Shown here in pieces: positions 61,534-64,000 of a stretch of DNA of 64,000 bases; within the stretch, counting starts at the first letter, position 1; every line of letters begins with the position of its first letter. This DNA comes from an uncultured Chloroflexia bacterium (GTDB lineage Bacteria > Chloroflexota > Limnocylindria > Limnocylindrales > CSP1-4). The notes beneath the pieces were generated by a model. That model was not told the DNA's origin and ran no database searches. It saw only the letters and a list, made by a program, of their open reading frames with translations. The stretch is from assembly GCA_963731635.1 (NCBI GenBank), contig CAVSWB010000004.1, forward strand, positions 240,780-304,779, given 5' to 3'. Position numbers and translations under genes: made by a program.

Positions 61534-62478
61534 CTAGATCGAGGTGATGCGCCCCGGCGCGAACCGCGGGCCGAACCGCGGGATCTTGATCCCTGCCACT
61601 TCCAGCAGGCGGACGACACGCGCCCGCTGACCCCTGTACGGCTCGAGTAATTCGAGCATCCGGGCGTCGTCGGCCCGGGCCTCACCGGCAAGCGCCCACG
61701 CCACCAGGTCGGGGATATGCGCGTCGCCGAGACTCACTGCGTCGGGGTCTCCGAAGGCGGTCCGCGTCGCCTCCGCTGCCGTCCACGGTCCGATGCCCGG
61801 GATCGACTGAAGGCGGTCCCTCGCCGCATCGGCCGGCAGGGCAATCAACGCTTCGATGGCCCCGGCCCGGCTCGAGATTCGCCGGATCAGATCCGCGCGC
61901 CGTCGCTCCAGGCCGAGCGGGTGGAATTCGAAGTAGGGGAGCGCCGCGAGCTGGGCCGGGGTGGGTGGCAGCAGCAGCGGCATCGGCCCCGGAGCCGGCT
62001 TTCCCAGCCGTCGGGCGAGGGCCAGGTACGCCGCGTGGGCTTCCGACCCGGTCACCTTCTGCTCGATAACAGCCGGCACGAGCGCGGGCAGCAGTTGGCC
62101 CGTCCGAGGAAGCCGCAGGCCGGGGAATTGGCGCTCCAGTTCATGTACCAGCGCGTGACAGGCGGTCAACAGTTCGGGTCGATCGTTGAGACCCGCCAGA
62201 TCGGGCACGGCCTGGAGGGCGGACTCGGCGCCCGGACCCCAGGCGGCCGCGGTGAGCGTCCGTCCATCGGTCGCGAGTCTGATCGTTGTCGGCCCGGCCG
62301 CCGTCATGCGAGCCAGCCAGACCCCGTCCGCCTCGAACCCGATCGTCGGGTCGTCGCGGCCGTGGCGGAGCGGGGCGAGCGTCAACCTCAGGTCGATCGG
62401 TTGCGGCGTGTCATGGCGCGCCGTCAGGGCCGGGTTAGCGGCTTTCGTTGTGTCGGATGCCGCCACGTTCTGACTCAC
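61534..62478 (-). CDS. alkA: DNA-3-methyladenine glycosylase II (AlkA-like, HhH-GPD)
   Basis: IEQKVT, IPGIGPWTA, GDPDAV. Confidence 0.85.
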   Translation of the reverse strand: MSQNVAASDTTKAANPALTARHDTPQPIDLRLTLAPLRHGRDDPTIGFEADGVWLARMTAAGPTTIRLATDGRTLTAAAWGPGAESALQAVPDLAGLNDRPELLTACHALVHELERQFPGLRLPRTGQLLPALVPAVIEQKVTGSEAHAAYLALARRLGKPAPGPMPLLLPPTPAQLAALPYFEFHPLGLERRRADLIRRISSRAGAIEALIALPADAARDRLQSIPGIGPWTAAEATRTAFGDPDAVSLGDAHIPDLVAWALAGEARADDARMLELLEPYRGQRARVVRLLEVAGIKIPRFGPRFAPGRITSI

Positions 62479-62483
62479 GGCTC

Positions 62484-63254
62484 CTACCGGAAGAGGTCGA
62501 ACTCGCGGGCCATGACTGCGTCGGCGATGCGACCCTCGCCCCGGGTCGGTATCGCGCCGCGCACCACTGCCGCGGGGCGGCGACCGGTCTTGCTCAGCGC
62601 GAGCTCCGCCGCCGACGCGATTTCGTCGGCCGTGGCCCGGATGGTGCTGCGCATGATCCGGCCGTCGGCGTCCGGCGAGCCCCGCAGGTCGTCGATCGGC
62701 ATCAAGCCGCTTACCCCGATCGCCACGTCCATGATGCCCCACCGCCACGGCCGACCGAAGCTGTCCGATACGATGACCGGCACATCCACTCCGAATTCGG
62801 CCCGGACGGCGCTCCTGATCCGATCCGCCGAAGCGTCGGGATCGGCCGGCAGGAGCGTCACCAGGTTCCCGCTTTCCGGCCCGACGTTGGACGCATCGAC
62901 GCCCCCGTTGGCGCAGATGAACCCGTGCGGCGTCTCGGTGATCAGCACGCCGTGCTCCATGCGCACGACTCGCCGGGCTTCGCGGAGCACGACCTCCAGC
63001 TGACGGGCGTCACGGTCCCAGAGCCGGGCGAATTCGACGGCTTCGGGCCGAGGCGTCACGGTCGTCAGGTCTACGATCGCCCCTTCGGACTTCGACACGA
63101 CCTTCTGGGTCACGACGAGGACGTCGTCCTCCGCCATCGGAAGCACGCCCGGGGTGGCCCGGATCGCCCGGGCGAGTACGGCCGCGAGATCGTCGCCGGG
63201 CAGGATCTCGGGCACGCCCTCCAGAGCGATCACTTCGATACGCCCCGAGGTCAT
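62484..63254 (-). CDS. cofE: Coenzyme F420-0:L-glutamate ligase
   Basis: GVPEILPGDDL, VVTQKVVSKSEG, ANGGVDASN, SDSFGRPWR, ADEIASAA. Confidence 0.93.
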   Translation of the reverse strand: MTSGRIEVIALEGVPEILPGDDLAAVLARAIRATPGVLPMAEDDVLVVTQKVVSKSEGAIVDLTTVTPRPEAVEFARLWDRDARQLEVVLREARRVVRMEHGVLITETPHGFICANGGVDASNVGPESGNLVTLLPADPDASADRIRSAVRAEFGVDVPVIVSDSFGRPWRWGIMDVAIGVSGLMPIDDLRGSPDADGRIMRSTIRATADEIASAAELALSKTGRRPAAVVRGAIPTRGEGRIADAVMAREFDLFR

Positions 63255-63895
63255 CGGCCGGCCTCGTGGCCCAGGCCCGCCAGATCGGCCTGCAGCAGGT
63301 CCTCGGGCGTGTCCAGGTCGAACGAAAGCGGCCCGTCCATCTCGAAATACGCCGCGCACGCATCCGCAGCGGCAGCCCGGTGAGCCGCGCGGCTGTCGTC
63401 CCCGAACTCGAACTCGATGGCGCATGCCGGAGACACGATCAGCGCGTTCGTTCCCGTTCCGTGACGGTCCGGCACGAGCCCGACGGTCGAACGACCCGGG
63501 TTGCCTTCGGCTGTGAGCCGGGCCAGGCCAAGGAAGTCGTCGATCGCGTCGGCAGTCACGCCGGGCAGGTCGGCCGGCAGTACGAGCAGCGCCGTCGCCT
63601 CGGCGCAGAAAGCCGCGCGCGCCTCCGCCAGCGCGTCGTTGAGGCCCTCGGTCTTCTGCAGGACCGCGTCCGCGCCCATGTGGCGAGCCAGGCGGAGCAG
63701 GTCCATGTCCTGCGAGACCACCGCGACGCGGGCGAGACCACCCGCCGCGAGCGCAGCCGCGACAGTGCGCCGCAGAAGGCCGAGGATCAGGTCGGCGCGC
63801 TCCTCGGCGTCGAGCGGCTCGCCCAGCCGCGATTTCGAGCCCGAAAGCGAGCGAACCGGCACCACTCCGACGACCCGCGAGAAGTCGGCTTTCAC
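63251..63895 (-). CDS. cofC: 2-phospho-L-lactate/PEP guanylyltransferase
   Basis: VPVR...SKSRL, GLNDAL, PADLP, GTGTNAL, DLDTPEDL. Confidence 0.92.
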   Translation of the reverse strand: MKADFSRVVGVVPVRSLSGSKSRLGEPLDAEERADLILGLLRRTVAAALAAGGLARVAVVSQDMDLLRLARHMGADAVLQKTEGLNDALAEARAAFCAEATALLVLPADLPGVTADAIDDFLGLARLTAEGNPGRSTVGLVPDRHGTGTNALIVSPACAIEFEFGDDSRAAHRAAAADACAAYFEMDGPLSFDLDTPEDLLQADLAGLGHEAGR

Positions 63896-64000
63896 GCCAC
63901 GACTCCGCCGGATGTGACCAGGGCGATCATCTCCCGCGCCAGCCGCGCCCGAGCCGCCACGTCCGTCATGATTGTGTCGGTAACGGCGACCCGCAGTCCG
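63892..64000 (-). CDS. cofD: 3' end of a probable 2-phospho-L-lactate transferase (partial)
   Basis: ...VAVTDTIMTDVAARARLARE... tail; GTGA overlap with cofC. Confidence 0.65.
   Translation of the reverse strand, partial: GLRVAVTDTIMTDVAARARLAREMIALVTSGGVVA

Overview
High-GC bacterial chromosomal segment. The gene content (F420 biosynthesis, leaderless promoters, OmpR-type regulators) fits Chloroflexota such as Limnocylindria, or an actinobacterium; this is an inference. No phage, IS or CRISPR-cas is present. About 3-39 kb is a phosphorus supercluster: PhoP/PhoR-like pair, PiT and DUF47, an ABC importer, aminoethylphosphonate catabolism (HAD-fused phnW, phnX, pbfA-like), an NPP/alkaline-phosphatase-family enzyme, pstSCAB-phoU, a second phoU, ppk1-CYTH/CHAD-sixA-histone-like gene, and ppk2. 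Six of its promoters share an 11-bp-periodic GTTAAC-type box exactly 10 bp before a nAnnnT -10. About 39-51 kb is a nitrogen cluster: argH, two tandem amtB genes without glnK, and argCJB-argR-argG followed by a GAF histidine kinase and an OmpR regulator. The best candidate for a new system is here. Three promoters with identical geometry (5 x 11-bp GCnACC boxes plus TAnnnT) drive amtB1, amtB2 and an unannotated 27-aa single-TM microprotein. They lie next to a kinase whose GAF domain resembles the glutamine/2-oxoglutarate-sensing GAF of PtsP/EI-Ntr. The rest holds membrane glycosyltransferase-like genes, osmC, trxB, a hairpin tandem repeat, an F420 LLM enzyme, a LysM-M23 peptidase, alkA and cofDCE. 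Several essential genes carry frameshifts, most likely sequencing indels.
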